A DNA stretch of 64,000 nt. It comes from Thalia democratica. Taxonomy: Eukaryota. Shown in pieces: positions 21,155 to 35,000 of the stretch. The stretch spans positions 36,518,001 to 36,582,000 of the forward strand of contig OZ241827.1 in assembly GCA_965202585.1 (NCBI GenBank). The letters are read 5' to 3'. The position numbers were made by a program, and so were the translations under genes. The notes under the pieces are model-generated. The model ran no database searches and was not told the origin of the DNA. It saw only the letters and a list, made by a program, of their open reading frames with translations. Position 1 is the first letter of the stretch. Each line of letters opens with the position of its first letter.

Positions 21155-22949
21155 ATCTAAACTCAAGTTCATTAATTAACTCTAGTGAGAAGTACAGACA
21201 ATTGTTTGCGTTTATTATATTTTAGCTTAACTTTAAAATATATATACTTTTCATAAGACTTTATAAATAAAACATTTTCTTGCAAAAAAAAAAGATATAA
21301 GAACATAACTGACAATGATTTTAATCTCATAAAACCATGAGAAGTAATCAAAAAAATATCTAGAATATAAATTAACTTATCGGTGTTTCTTTTTTGAAAT
21401 TTAAATTCAAATAACTATCAATACTACAGATATCAAATAAAATATAATTGGTAATTAAATCCTAGATATTCAAACAAGCTAAGCCCGTCGAAAATTAAAA
21501 ACAACTTTCTTGTATGTATTTTATTTGACAAAAATTAAAGGTAAATATAATTGTAATCATCAATAACAAAAAAATCTATTTGTTTAGTTTAGATACTTGA
21601 CTAAACTAATAAACTTTAGATTTGACACAGTTTTTCACACTTGATCAGTTTTGCTGGTTGATTATGTTCTGTTACAAATAACGACATGTTAAATAATGTA
21701 TATAATAAACTAAGTACCAAAAAAAAAAATTAAACAGTAATGTCAAGCTAAGAATTCTCCTTCAAAATTATATAAATTTGTTTTGCAATCCAACTAAACA
21801 TTATTACTTTTTGAATTAAATTATAGTCGATTATTTTTCTAAATCAATTTCCATAGAAACTTATAGAGGATGTACAATTTCAAACTTTATAAACTTTTAG
21901 TAACTAGGACGACGTGTGGGAAGGAACACTGGAGCAGTTGTTCCTTCTAAGAAAAAAAAAATAAAGGTATCAGTTTTTATCCTTCAAACTTTTAATTTCT
22001 CTGCTAATTTGTTTTTTTCAACTACATATATTTGATATTCAAAAATGCCATTTCGAGGGGCATAGTAAGTATACTTGTTCTGAAAAACTTTTTAATGCAT
22101 AAACATTTTTAAGATTTCATAAAAAAATTAATAACATAAAATATAAAAAACTGATCATAACTCTAAAATTAATTTATTTTCATTATTTATTTTACAGCTC
22201 TCAGTTAAAATATACTTGAAGAAAAATACTATTTTTTTACTGTTTATACACTTTTTACAATATACAGTTAGTTATCTAGTTTAAAGGAGTGAATTAATTC
22301 CATGTTTTAACAGTTAAAACTTTTTCATAAGTTCAATTAAGATTATTCTGTTTCTATTTTTAATAAAAATGTTTGATAAGTTGGTAAATTTAAAGTTGTG
22401 TGGGTAAATAAAAATAAGATGAATGGTATATAGGTAGTCCGCGTTTTTATAAAAGGATCAGACAGTTTTTGATACTGATAAATAAAAATTGATTAAAATA
22501 CCATTGACAACAACTGTCACAACTCTTTAAAATAAAAACACTGAGTAGGAGATTTTTTGTTTATTATAAAAACATTTTTAACTCTTATTCAAATAAATTC
22601 TATTTTATAGATTATATTTTTATAAGGTTTAAGTTTCAAAATTAATAATGTTTATTGTGTAGTAGTTTCGATTTTATTCTTTTAATAAACCAATTTTTTT
22701 CTAAACGTTTTAAATGTAACTATATAATTTAAAAAGGTTCTCAAGAAGAAGCTTAATTAAAAAGTTTTAAGCTAAAGTAGTTTTTGCAAACTCAATTTTT
22801 TTCGAACCCTTACCAAAAATACCACGCGTCGCCACTGGTTACTAAAAATATCACAGTAAATCAAAAAATACAAATACTATTTTTTTAATACAATTAGTAT
22901 AGTATTAACCTATACTTGTTTTAAAATATCTTTTACTACAAAAACTTAC

Positions 22950-23087
22950 AGTTATGTTATGAAACTCATCATCATAATGCTTTAGCGTCATACGCATCTT
23001 ATGAAGTTCAAATACATGCGTGTCTTCTTTTCTTGCTAAATGCTTATACAAAAAATATACCACAACAATGCTTGTTGTAGTCCATAC
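22950..23087 (-). CDS. CATSPERG-like exon (VWTTTSIVVVYFLYKHL...; second half of TM helix)
   Basis: ataacag acceptor, ACT|gtaagt donor, 46 codons. Confidence 0.7.
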
Positions 23088-26000
23088 CTGTTATATGTAA
23101 TCATATTTAAATCATATATAAAAAAACTTTGGCAACTACGTTGTTTAATATCAATCTATTCTTTTTAAGATAATTTTTTGAGAACAAACACTCTAAAGCA
23201 GTGTTTCCACACGGTTGTGAATTTACTGTTTACAAGAATTATTTATTTCATTTATATTATCAATTTTAGTAGTAAAAAGATACACTAGCAGAGTTGCCAC
23301 AGATCAAGCTGAAAAAAAATTCCTGACTAACCTGACTTTTCTAATTAAAATTCTAAATTAAAACCGTTTTAAAAACACATAACCTACAACTTGAAATTAT
23401 GTTAAGTTTTCAATCTTATTTTTATACATTTTAAAAGTTCTTTTGCTATTTTTATATATAAAAAACAACTTTAATTGGGTTCGTCTATACTTATCTACAC
23501 TAGTTTGGATTCATCTAGGGGCTGTAAGGCTGAATGAAGGTTTTCTTTAAGGTCTTCAGCGGTGGTGTGACCCAAAAATTTCGAACTTAAGTATTGTGAA
23601 ACAACTTGAATTTTACACATGAATATCCATTTGGGCTTTATTAATGATGTCATTGTAGCTTCATCAAAAGGTACACTGTGTCACCTGGGTTTGTTTATTG
23701 CTTCCAGTAAGGTGTTTTGGAAATGAGGTCAAAGACCAAAATTATCAATTTGATTCGAGCCATTTGGCATGACTGTGCTATCGCAATTATGACCCTGTAT
23801 AACTTATAAAACTCAATTAGACCCTGAAAAAAAAAGATGAATTGTGAAAGCAAAACTTTTTAAAATATAACATCAGCAAAATTCAGTTTTTAAGGATTAC
23901 AAACTTTCTTATTAAGAACATGTTTACATCAAACTTCCTGTTTTTTTTCTAAACCCCCATTTTTTCCTGACTTTCCTGTTTTGTGGCAACCCTGTACTAA
24001 TATTGTTTTTATCTGACTTTCAACAGCTGAACTAAACAACTCTAAACAAGTTTCTGATTAACTATTTTTATTGTAAACTGCTTACGAGAGGTCAATTGTA
24101 CTAAAACCAAAAGAAATCAACTAAAGATATCAAATAGTAACGAAAAAGTGTATATAACTACTACTTTTAAAACAACTAATCATATAAATATTATATTTAA
24201 CATCTACAATATTGTTATAACTAACTAAAAAGTAAAAAAACATGAGTGTAGGATGAAGCTGCAGTCCATTAACATGTATGAGAAAATTATTGGTGAACAT
24301 ACAATTTGTGCTACTGTCTACATCACTATTTGAAACTTCCATTAAAAAGTGATAAGCTAATAAAAAATTTATAGTGTCACTAAATCCTTAAACAAACTTC
24401 AATAAGTAAAAAACAATTAATGGAAGTATGATTTATTACAAAACAGTGCTGTAGTTTTTACAGTGTTGAATAATGTAAATAGTATATAGAAATACTACTA
24501 TTTTAGATACTAATATTTAATTAAAATCAGTAATTATAATTTAAAAAAAAAATAAATTGAAATATAATCATACTTTTGGTTTTTGAAAAACTTAAATCGT
24601 TACTTAATAGTATCCGCATTAGGTAATCCTTAAAAATTGTTGAAAACAACTTGTCAATAACAAAACTAGTATACTAGACTTAAACGACAAACTACTCTAA
24701 GAGAAATGCACCTAGAATCATTATAAGCAAAACTAAATCTTCTTTAAATAAATTCTTATAAAATATGTGTTAATTTTCACGCTTCTTGTATAATCTCATT
24801 TTAAAAACGACCTTTAATTTGAAAAAAATATTGAATTCATAATCGTATATTTATTTTCAAGTTCATTAATGTAATCTTAAGACGTTTTTACTAAGATTAA
24901 ATAGTTATGTGTTTTCCATGCTTATTGTATAAACATTTTTTTATAAAATAACTTTGATTTAATTTAACTACCCTTTTAACCCAACTCATATAGTTACTAA
25001 AAATGGTTCCATACCACTCAACGTAATCACAGCATTGCTTAAAGTAAATATTTTATATTATTCATATTAATAATATACTACTACCATATACGTTTTACAA
25101 AAATATATGATTTAATTTATTAGTTAATAGTTTAGGAGTTTACTTAAATTGTAACAAATTAAATAACGCCACTAACTATCAGGAGTGAAAAGCGATAGAA
25201 ATTTTCCATCGCCGCAAGGTGAGTTTATTTTGCATATAAAACGCAAATACTGAGGTTTTAAAGAATCAAACACAATTGAACCTGTTTTCGCATTTACAAC
25301 ATCGTTATTAAAATTTGAAGTACTCCAGATTAAACTGTTGCTGGCTTTTCTGATAATTAGAGTTTTTTTTGTACAATAACTTTTATTATGTTAAGTGCAT
25401 TAACTTGTTCAACTTGTCACAAATATAATACAATAGTAATAATTTTATTATAGTTGCTTTTTATGAGTAATTGTATTTAATTTTGTTTTTTGCCGTAAAA
25501 AATCACAAAACAAAAAACACTGACAAAGAACGACAATAAGTATTCATGGTTTGCACTTAGTTAGGAAGGCCTAGTTTTAAGAACTACCTTAAAAATATAT
25601 TTTCTCATAATCTAAGGTTTGTATACAATAGACCTTAAATTTTGAGGAAACGTTCTCCGCACAATTATTTAAAATTGTATCATACCACTACTTAACGAAA
25701 TAAAAAATAATTTGAGCATTTGTTTTTTTTTTGTTTAAGGATATTTTTTGTTAAAGATTTAAAAAGTGCTACAACACGATTGTTTACAATAATGAATGGA
25801 TTGTGAAAATTTAAAATGAATTCTTTTATTTAGGAGAAGATATATTTATAATAGTTAGTACTTTTGTAGCGTTTTAGTTTATCCATCCGAATAAATTTTG
25901 ATCTCCGAATTTGATCAGTTATATCACAAAAGTTACTTTGAATTTTAAAAAGCAATTTGTAGCTTGGTAAAATATCTACAAACACCCTCTTTTAGCTCTA

Positions 26001-29000
26001 AATTACACTCTTTTAACCTTTACAAAGATCAACAAAAAAAAAAGCACAAGTTATTTTACAAACTTTAGTTTACGCTGCAAATTAATAAAAACAGGGTTGC
26101 CACTGGTTTTTGAGAAATTTCTTCCAGGTTTTTGAAAGTACACATTCATGGGTGTACTTTTTGTTTAAAGTTAAGCTTAAGATTAAAAATTCTGTTAAAT
26201 AGCATAGCAACATTGAAAAGATACTGTAAAGTTACTTTAAATTTGTTTTTGAATAAAAAAAGTTTTGATGATGAAAAAAAAATATTTTTATTATATATTT
26301 TTCGTGTCAAATCAAAATCTTATTACATAACTAAAAAGTTGTTTAAAATTCCAGGTTTTTTAGTGATTTTTGTTTAAAATTTTAGGTTTTTTAGTCTTAA
26401 TTGTCAAATTCCAGGTTTTGTTGCAAACAAAAACAATTTTCTAAAGTATAACAAACTTAAGTTTATAAATTAGTAACCATAACTTGTAGCGTGAAACACA
26501 GAGTGTCCAATAAATTTATGGTATCAAATTTGTTTGTTATTAAAAAATTGTTTGATATTAAAAAAACAAACAAAACGAGTCTGAACTGTTCCAAATGAAA
26601 ATATTTTAAGCTAAAATGAAAAAATTTATAATGTTTGGAGCAGTTAATCTTCAAATTAGTCACTTCACTAGAAAACCTCTAAATGGTATATTTAAAGATG
26701 TTACTCCCGATCCCGAAAAGAATAACGTTATATATCTATTGGTCACTGTGACAGTGTATACATTAGGAGAACTTCTCGGAGATTCCATCTGAGAAGGGAT
26801 CAGCATGTTTCAAAATCCCTCAGAAACTGGATGGCCAATAGAGTTAATAAACCGACTAAAAGTCCTTCGGCAATTAGAGATCACTTACTTAACTAACCGG
26901 AATGATCCAAACATTATAATGACAATAAATTTACAGTTTTAACTCAAGGACGTAACATATATCATTTAAGTGTTTTAGAAACTCTTTTTATAAAAACCTA
27001 TAAGCCTTAGATTTGTAAATATAAGCTAATTTAGAATACTAACTTTAACAAACTGATATAGTTTTTTAATTAATTTAGTTTTAATATATTTATTTGGTTT
27101 ACTTAGAATACTGTTTTTTTAATTGCGTAAGTATATTTTAGTGTTATTGTTCTGAAATTTTAATTCTTTAATACTATAGCTTTATTCCTTTTAGAAAAGC
27201 ACATTTACTAAATTCTGTTAATTATATTTTACTTCAAACGTTTTCATAGCTTTTTATTATTTTTATTTACGTTTATATAGTTTTAAAACTTGTATGTATA
27301 TTGTATATACTTTATTGTATTATCCTTTTACCATCTCAAGTTTTCTAATTACTTAATTATGGTTAAAAAGTCTTGTTTATCTAATTTTTACCAAATTATT
27401 ATCTAAACAGTATTTATTTCACTTTTTTTAAATGGAAATGCACAAAGGGTCAACTTTTTAGGATGGTTCTTTTTCACGAAGACAAATATGCACGAGGGGT
27501 CACTTTTGCACGAGAGTAAAAAAATCATTAAAATAGTTATAAAAAAAGCATAAAATAAAACTTGAAAAATTAATTTTAAAAAATCAAAGAGAAAAAAAAA
27601 GTTACTGACCGAGGGTAAGGGTTAGGGGTAACAGTGATAGTAAAAATAAAACTAATAAAAACTATTATTTTAAAAAAAAGCTACCGACCGAGGGTGAAGG
27701 TTAAGTGTAAAATGATAGTAAAATTAAATAAAACAATAACTAATATAGAAATGTTAATAATTTATAAAACAATATTAAGAAAAAAAGGGTAAGGGTTAGT
27801 GATAGTAAAAATAAATTTTAGATTAATAAATAATAAAAAAAATAAATAAAACCCGTGCAAAAATGTCTTCGCGCAAAACTGACCCTACGTGCAAAAGTAT
27901 CTTTGTGCAATTTTGTATACTCGTGCAAATTTTACACCTAGCCATTATGACGTATCCATTATCTAGCTTTAATGCATGTTAACATTATATTTTATAGCTT
28001 AGTTTAACACAGTAGTTGTTAAGTTAGTTTTGAAAAATTTTCTACTTTATAAAAATGCAATCTATTTGTCGATATTCTTTATTTAAATTACTATAAAATT
28101 ATTTAAGGTCATAAGAAGGGTAAAACACAATTTTCAGTTTAATCTTTTGCTTTACATAATTAGATAATCTACTCGTTATTTTTCACCGCTCGTTAAAATT
28201 TAAAGATACTTTTGAGATTACAAAGGGTTAAGCGATCAAAGTTAGAGCTTTTAATAGGTTCATTATGGGAGGTGACCATATAAGGGCAAAAGTAGACTAT
28301 TTCACATAAAATCTATCTCCTCCTTCAGTTTTTGAGCAATAGTTTTACAACTTTCTCATACTAATCTTTAATAAATTTGAAACAGATTGTAAAACACATA
28401 TTTTTTAAACTTTTGTAAGAAAGAATATTTTTTTAGAAGACAATTTTTTATTGATTTGGTCATAAATTTTTTCATGTTTTTGTTTTCCATAATCTGCTTC
28501 CTACAAGTTGTTTGTAATATTGAACAAGTACATTTGAACAAGTACATTACAATATTGAATAAGTACATTTTGAAAATTTGAATTAAATAGTCTCAAAACT
28601 GAAGGAAGAGATATATTTTTAGTAATTATCTAAACTCCCGACAAAATCAGCCTTAAAATTTTTTGATTTTATAAGATTGTATCGCAATTTTTTTACTAAC
28701 TTATTATATCTCAAAATTTAATTGAAACTGATTCCTTCTATAAAAAGTATGTTATAGTATATACTCCATTTTTGAAATAAGAGCCAATGTTAATTTTTGT
28801 AAGAAAATGTTTGACCTCCCCCTACGCCCTTAATATAAAAGTTTTCTAAAGTATATAGGATAAACGAACTTTTTATCCTAACATAAACTGGGCTTTGATT
28901 AATGTTAAAAAAAACTTTTAAGGGCCAATTACTTTCAACACTGTTGAAATTGAAAGTTGTAACAAGAGCAAGAAGTTAAACAACGCTAAATACGATTAGC

Positions 29001-32000
29001 CTCAAGATTGCTTGAAACTTCCTTACCTAAAAAAATTTCTGAGGAAGTAAATTAGATTTTTGGCTCTGTACGTTTAATAACAATTTAGTACACTAGTTGA
29101 TGTCTAAGTGGAATCTACAGGAACGTTTTCCCGCATAAGAAAAAAGCAACATCATTTATAAATTTAGTTGTCACATCAAACATAAATTTTGTTGTTAAAC
29201 TTATATGAGCATATTTTATTTTTTACACAAATATATTTTTTTAGATGTCGCCTAACAAAAGAGTTTCAATTGTCGTAATTTGAATCGTCACGTGACCCAT
29301 TAATGTTGGTTAACTTTAAATTTTAATTATACACTCGATTATTACGTCAACTTATATTTACAGGGTTGCCAAAGATACTGAGCTTTTTTTTTCGTTATTT
29401 AAAATTTCTTCCAGGTTTTTCTACTAAAAAATTTTTTGTCTATTTTTGGAAAAAATTAAAATTAAAGTAAAAAACTGTCTTAATTAATTTAACAACAACA
29501 GTTTATTCAACGACAAAAAAAGCGCTCAAAAAGTTTGGTCCAAGGAAAAAACCTTTCGAGTGTAAGAAAAAACCTTTCGGTTATCGAGTCGTACACCACG
29601 GATACCTTTTAACATCTTGTCCAGGACAGACACATGCAACATTGATAAGATACTGTAAAGCTAATTTAAAAGTGATTTATAATTAAAAAAACAATAATAA
29701 TAAAAAAAACTTTTGTCTTTATATGATATATTTTCGTATCCAATCAAAATTTAATTTTTACATGTAATTTTTTTCCCATTTTTTCTAGTGATTTTTGTTT
29801 GAAATTTGAGTTTTTTTATTTAAATTTCTCAAACTTCCAGGGTTTTCCAGGATGTTTTACCTAAATGTCAGGTTTAAGACAACCCTGTGATTAATTTTTA
29901 AAACTTATGTTTTGATTCAAACATACTTTTATTAGTTTATTCTTACTTAGATACTGTTTTGATAAGCATTAGTTTTAAGATCTTAACAATAAATTAATAA
30001 TTATGAAATGTGTTTTGCTGAATGTTTTAATTGGTATGAAAATCTTCAACTAAAGAATAACTTTGTAATGTATTATGCATCAAGTAAACTTTGATTGTTC
30101 AAATAACTAAATGAAGACTTTTAAACATTTTTAAAGTTTTTATTTAAAAATTATTAACACAAAAGTTTACAGGAAAAATGTGTCATGGAGCTTTAAATTA
30201 TGACTCTATTTACTCTTGATGGGTCACGCCTTACCTTGTACGAATGGCCTACTTAACTTTTATTAACCAACTTCATTTGGTAATTGAAAACTTAAACAAA
30301 AGTTTTTCTTATATATTAATGATATTTTTAAGAATAGAGTAAAATATTACAAGTTTAAAACTAAGTTTTTAAGCTCATAAGTGCGAATTTAAACGGAAAA
30401 TGACTGTACATAATATGCTTCATCTAAAAATAAAGTTTATTATTAATTAACTTTAAAGATCCATTTGATTATGATATTCTCTATTAGAAATAGATAAGTA
30501 ACAACAACTAAAATAAATAATATGAAATTATATTCGGAACAATAAGATTTTATGTCAGAATCACTGTATCTAACACTGCAAAATACTTAAATACAGTGCA
30601 CGAGTATTTAAAATTCTATTTCCGACAATTCAGACGGTAATAACTCTTAATTATTGTGATTTATCTCTTTTAATAAAAATGTTTACAATTTTATTTTACC
30701 ACTGCAATTTTATTGAGTTTATTTTTCAAATTTAAACTTTTTTGAGGTAAGGTTGAAAGAAGGTTTAAAACTTTCTAAAACATGGCAATTTATATGTATT
30801 TTATCTTTTAATAAATTTTTTTTTACCTTTACACTCTTATAATTAGAGTATTTTACCCACATGATCACTTTATATATTTCTCTGTTTTTCTTTATAACAT
30901 GTCAGAATTTGACTTGTCGTAATTAAAATTGTCGTGTAATGTTAAATTTAAAAACATTAAAATGTTTTTAAACTTATAAATTTTGCTTTTCCAAAATTGT
31001 TATAATTTATTAATTTTTTACAGAAACAACTAACCACCTTTTTCCAGGTATGTAATTAAATTTCTCTATTTCGTTCGGGGTATACAAACGGAAGTTAGAA
31101 CTATTCTGTTGATAAACCCCTGCGCCTCCTCCCACAATTTTTATCGTATAATTTCCTTTAAATGGAAATTTAAGCTTGTGATGTGTGTCAGAAACAGTAA
31201 AGAACAAAAGATAATCTGAAGAATTAAACTATTTTAATAAAAATACAAAAGTTCAAAAAATATATAAAATTTTAGTAAGAAACTAAAATTGAAAATCAGT
31301 GTGATGACGTCACGGACGTACAAATCAATATAACTCAAATGTAATGGTTTTTGATATTCATTATTGCAGTTTATAACAAAATTGAAAAACATAAAAAATG
31401 GACTATTTAAGAATGAAAAATTACTGCAATCAAGTTTATTCTGTTACGCACTAATATGAAGTAACCACGCGCCATCATCGGTCAAGCTAATAGTTTTTTT
31501 TTAAACAGGATTAGTCAGGGTTGCCAAATGTTTTTGGCATATTTTCTCCAGATTTTCAAAATTTCCTCAAGGTTTTTAACATTACACAATTTTTGGTTCA
31601 ATTTTTAGTTTTAAGTTAAGTTTAAGAAACTGTGTTAAATAGTATAAAAACATTAAAAGGATACTTTAAATGTGTTTTTTTATATATAAAAAAAATTTGA
31701 TTATGTCAAAAAACTTTTATCTATGTGATAGATTTTCGAGCCAAACTGAAATTTTACTACTTAACAAGTTAAATTGTTAAAAATTCAAATTTTTTCCAGA
31801 TTTTTTAGCTTAAATTGTCAAATTCCAGGTTTTTCTAGGTTTCAAGGTTTTTTGGCAACCCCTGATTAGTAAGTAACTCTTCAAAAATATACTTCAACTT
31901 ATAACTCAGTAAAATTGGTTTAGATAATTAGTATGACGAAGCGACGTTACTTAAACTAATTTAAATACATAATAAGTCTTATATTATGTTTAAATAAACT

Positions 32001-35000
32001 TGTATCATTCGAATATTTCATCAAATTATTTTGTATTTTTGTAAAGTGTTGCTGTATTTTTCCAACAAACTTGTTTTGTTCGAATCTTATTTATCAATTT
32101 TTTTTTAATTAAAAATCCTTGAACATTTTAAACTGAAATCAAATTATACTTAGTGTAAATATTCAATAGAAATATATTATACTTTTAGAAATAATTGTTT
32201 TAAATGTGTTAACTATTTTAATTGAAATTTGTTTATATACTTATAACATTTTTTTCCAACAGGTTAAATTTTTATAATATTTGCAAATTAAAGATAAGAA
32301 CGAAACAAGTTTCTTGGAATATAACAAAAAATAAATAAATAAGTAATTAATTAAGGGCATAGGGAATCCAACATTTTTTTACTAAAAATAACATTGGATC
32401 TTATATGAAAGCTTGAAGTACAAACTACAAGCCGGTTTTAATTTTTTTTAAATACTATTTAACTTTTGAGATATTGTATATTAAAAAAAAATTTCGATAC
32501 AAGCGTCTGGACCGCACATTTTCGGGGTAAATTTTCTCGGAAATTTAAAAAATCACTAAAAATCTATCTTCTCCTTAATTTTTCGGGCTAGAGACCTCAA
32601 ACTTTCAGGAAACGTTCCTTCAGTAGTTTACAAGACTATGAATATTGCAATTTGAAAAAAATAAAATAAATTAAATTTTATATACAAAAACAAAATAAAT
32701 AGGTGTTTTTTTAATTATTTTATTTTATTCAAAATTTTTAAAAATCCTGCATTCAATCTTTTTAAAATTCAATAATGGAATTTCTGTGAAATTTTGAAAA
32801 AGATTGCTTAAAAAATGAAGCAAGAGATAGATTTATAGTGAAATAGTTTTTTTTCGCATTTTTGGTTTGCACCTTCCATTAGGAACCTATTGAGGTCACT
32901 GACTTTGATCGCTCATATCTCAAAAACTACTTTAAATTTATTCAAGCGGTTAAAAATGTCTGATAGCTCAAATAAAACTCAATAAAATAAGATCAACTTG
33001 TAAAAATCAAGATGGACCCCTCACCCTATGTCCTTAATTTATTGAAAACTAACGACGTTTTCTACTAATTCAAAAACAGATTCTAAGAAGTTTTCATAAA
33101 GCGGATAAAATGTGAAAAGCTCCGTAAAACTGTGTTATTTATTTATAGCCATAGGGATTTCATGTAACCCACATAAAAAGGAGATTACTTTAGTTAATAA
33201 ATAGTATAGTTATAATCTACTTTAAACGTACACTTTAACCCATAAATAAATAAGAACATTAATTTAACTAATTCTGATACTATTAATACTTATGGCTACT
33301 CTATATAAAACTAGTCATGACACTGAACAAAGATATTGTATTAAAGAACAATTGCAAACACTAACAACTATATATAGAACATTATACTTTAGAAAATACT
33401 TTAAATGTGGTCAAAACCTTTACTGAAGACTTAATCTAACAGGAATATATTTTAAAATGTATAAAATAAAATAAGATTTAATTATTTAGAACAACGATTC
33501 TTAACCTGGGGTTAATTTCCCCCTGGGGGTGAATTCCCTAGATTTAGGGGGTAAATTTTCGTTAACACAAGCTGTGTAAATTTATGTTTATTAATTGTCT
33601 TAGTTGAATAAGAAACAACTGGAAAAATACACTATTTGGTGAAAATGTAAAGAGTAAAAATAAAACTTTAATGATAGTTTTAAAAAATACAGTTTCTAAA
33701 ACTTTTTAACTACTATATAAAAGGCCATATACACGTATATACTAAAAGGGTTGCAACAGATCAAGCTGAGAAAGATTTCCTGACTTTTTATTAAAATTTT
33801 CCTCACTTATCTAAATCAAGCTCTTGAATTAAACCTATTGTAAAATACATAATCAAACACTTAAAACTATATAAAGTTTTTAATCTTATTTTTATACAGG
33901 TTAAAACAACATTTTTTTTGCTGAATTCAATCATCTAACTTCCGTTACATCACTTGAACCAACTATATATGATTGATGTATTTGCAATAAACAGCTCTAT
34001 CAGCAAAATACTTGCATTTTCTAACTTATAAACACAACTTGTCTGAAATAAGAATCAATATTTTAGCATTTCCTAACATAAATGTATCTAAATAAACAAA
34101 AAGTGACTTTTACAATTACACCTTTAAACAATAACGAACTTTTACTACTAAAACCTGAAAACTATAACGAACTTTTATAATAGAAACCTTAAAACAATAA
34201 AGAACTTAATCAAACAATGTTTTTTTTTCACCATATGTACTAAAATTTGTTTCTTTATTAGCACTTCAACCTCTTCATCTAACGAAGATATGGTTTCCTT
34301 TATCTGGTCTGCATCCCGCTTAATTTTCTTGGCAGTTAAAACTATTTGCCTCATTTTATTTAAATCGTTCTCATCTGCTGCTCCTACACTTGGCGAAGAG
34401 AATATTTTCTCTTAATATCGCCACAGTTTGTGGGCTTAATTTCTTTTCGCAATCATTTTATTTATTTTTACCAGATGAAGGCATTGAAAATTGATGATTA
34501 TTTTAAGTTTTAAGTAAATTTTGACTTTATAGAATTTTAAATTAAACTTTTAGTACTTGAAGGCTTTGAAAAACAAGGAATTTTGTAAATTTGAACCAAC
34601 AAAATCTGACGTTTTTTTTTTAATTTTGACAAGTTTCCTGACTTTTATCTTTTTTTTTTTAGTTTTTCCTGACCTTGTGGCAACCCTGTACTAATCTTTC
34701 TTGACCAGTAGATATAAACTAAACTATAACTCGTTACTTTTAGATTAGTTTAAAACGGTATATTTAAATATTTTTATTGGTAACGTATAATAAAATAGTA
34801 ATTAAACGCATTATCAATTATTAAGATAAGTTCTACTAGCCGGAGTTGTACTGGAAACAAGCACAATTAAGAAAAGTTTCATATTGATCGTTAGATTGCG
34901 TCATCTGTACTGTTTTATTTTTGTCAATCAAAAACCTAAACGAAGGCGGGCAACCTCCTTTTACATCTACTTCTACTCCTGAAATATAAATAAATAGTAA

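Noticed and set aside
21900-22540. Candidate terminal exons for the CATSPERG-like tail (e.g. EGTTAPVFLPTRRPSY*)
   Set aside because: Could not build a unique phase-consistent path from the 22950 donor; left unresolved
30443-30575. Minus-strand open segment with good acceptor and hydrophobic tail, first taken as the CATSPERG-like last exon
   Set aside because: Exons at 25177, 24226 and 22950 match the family motifs far better and complete the TM helix; this segment is probably intronic, though an alternative terminal exon is not excluded
30738-30881. Phase-compatible minus-strand candidate exon (EIYKVIMWVK...)
   Set aside because: Weak splice sites; the 25177-25349 exon supplies the NSLIW and C..PC motifs
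31300-31330. TGATGA-CGTC-acg-GACG hammerhead-like half
   Set aside because: GAAA and cleavage site are missing; at most a relic
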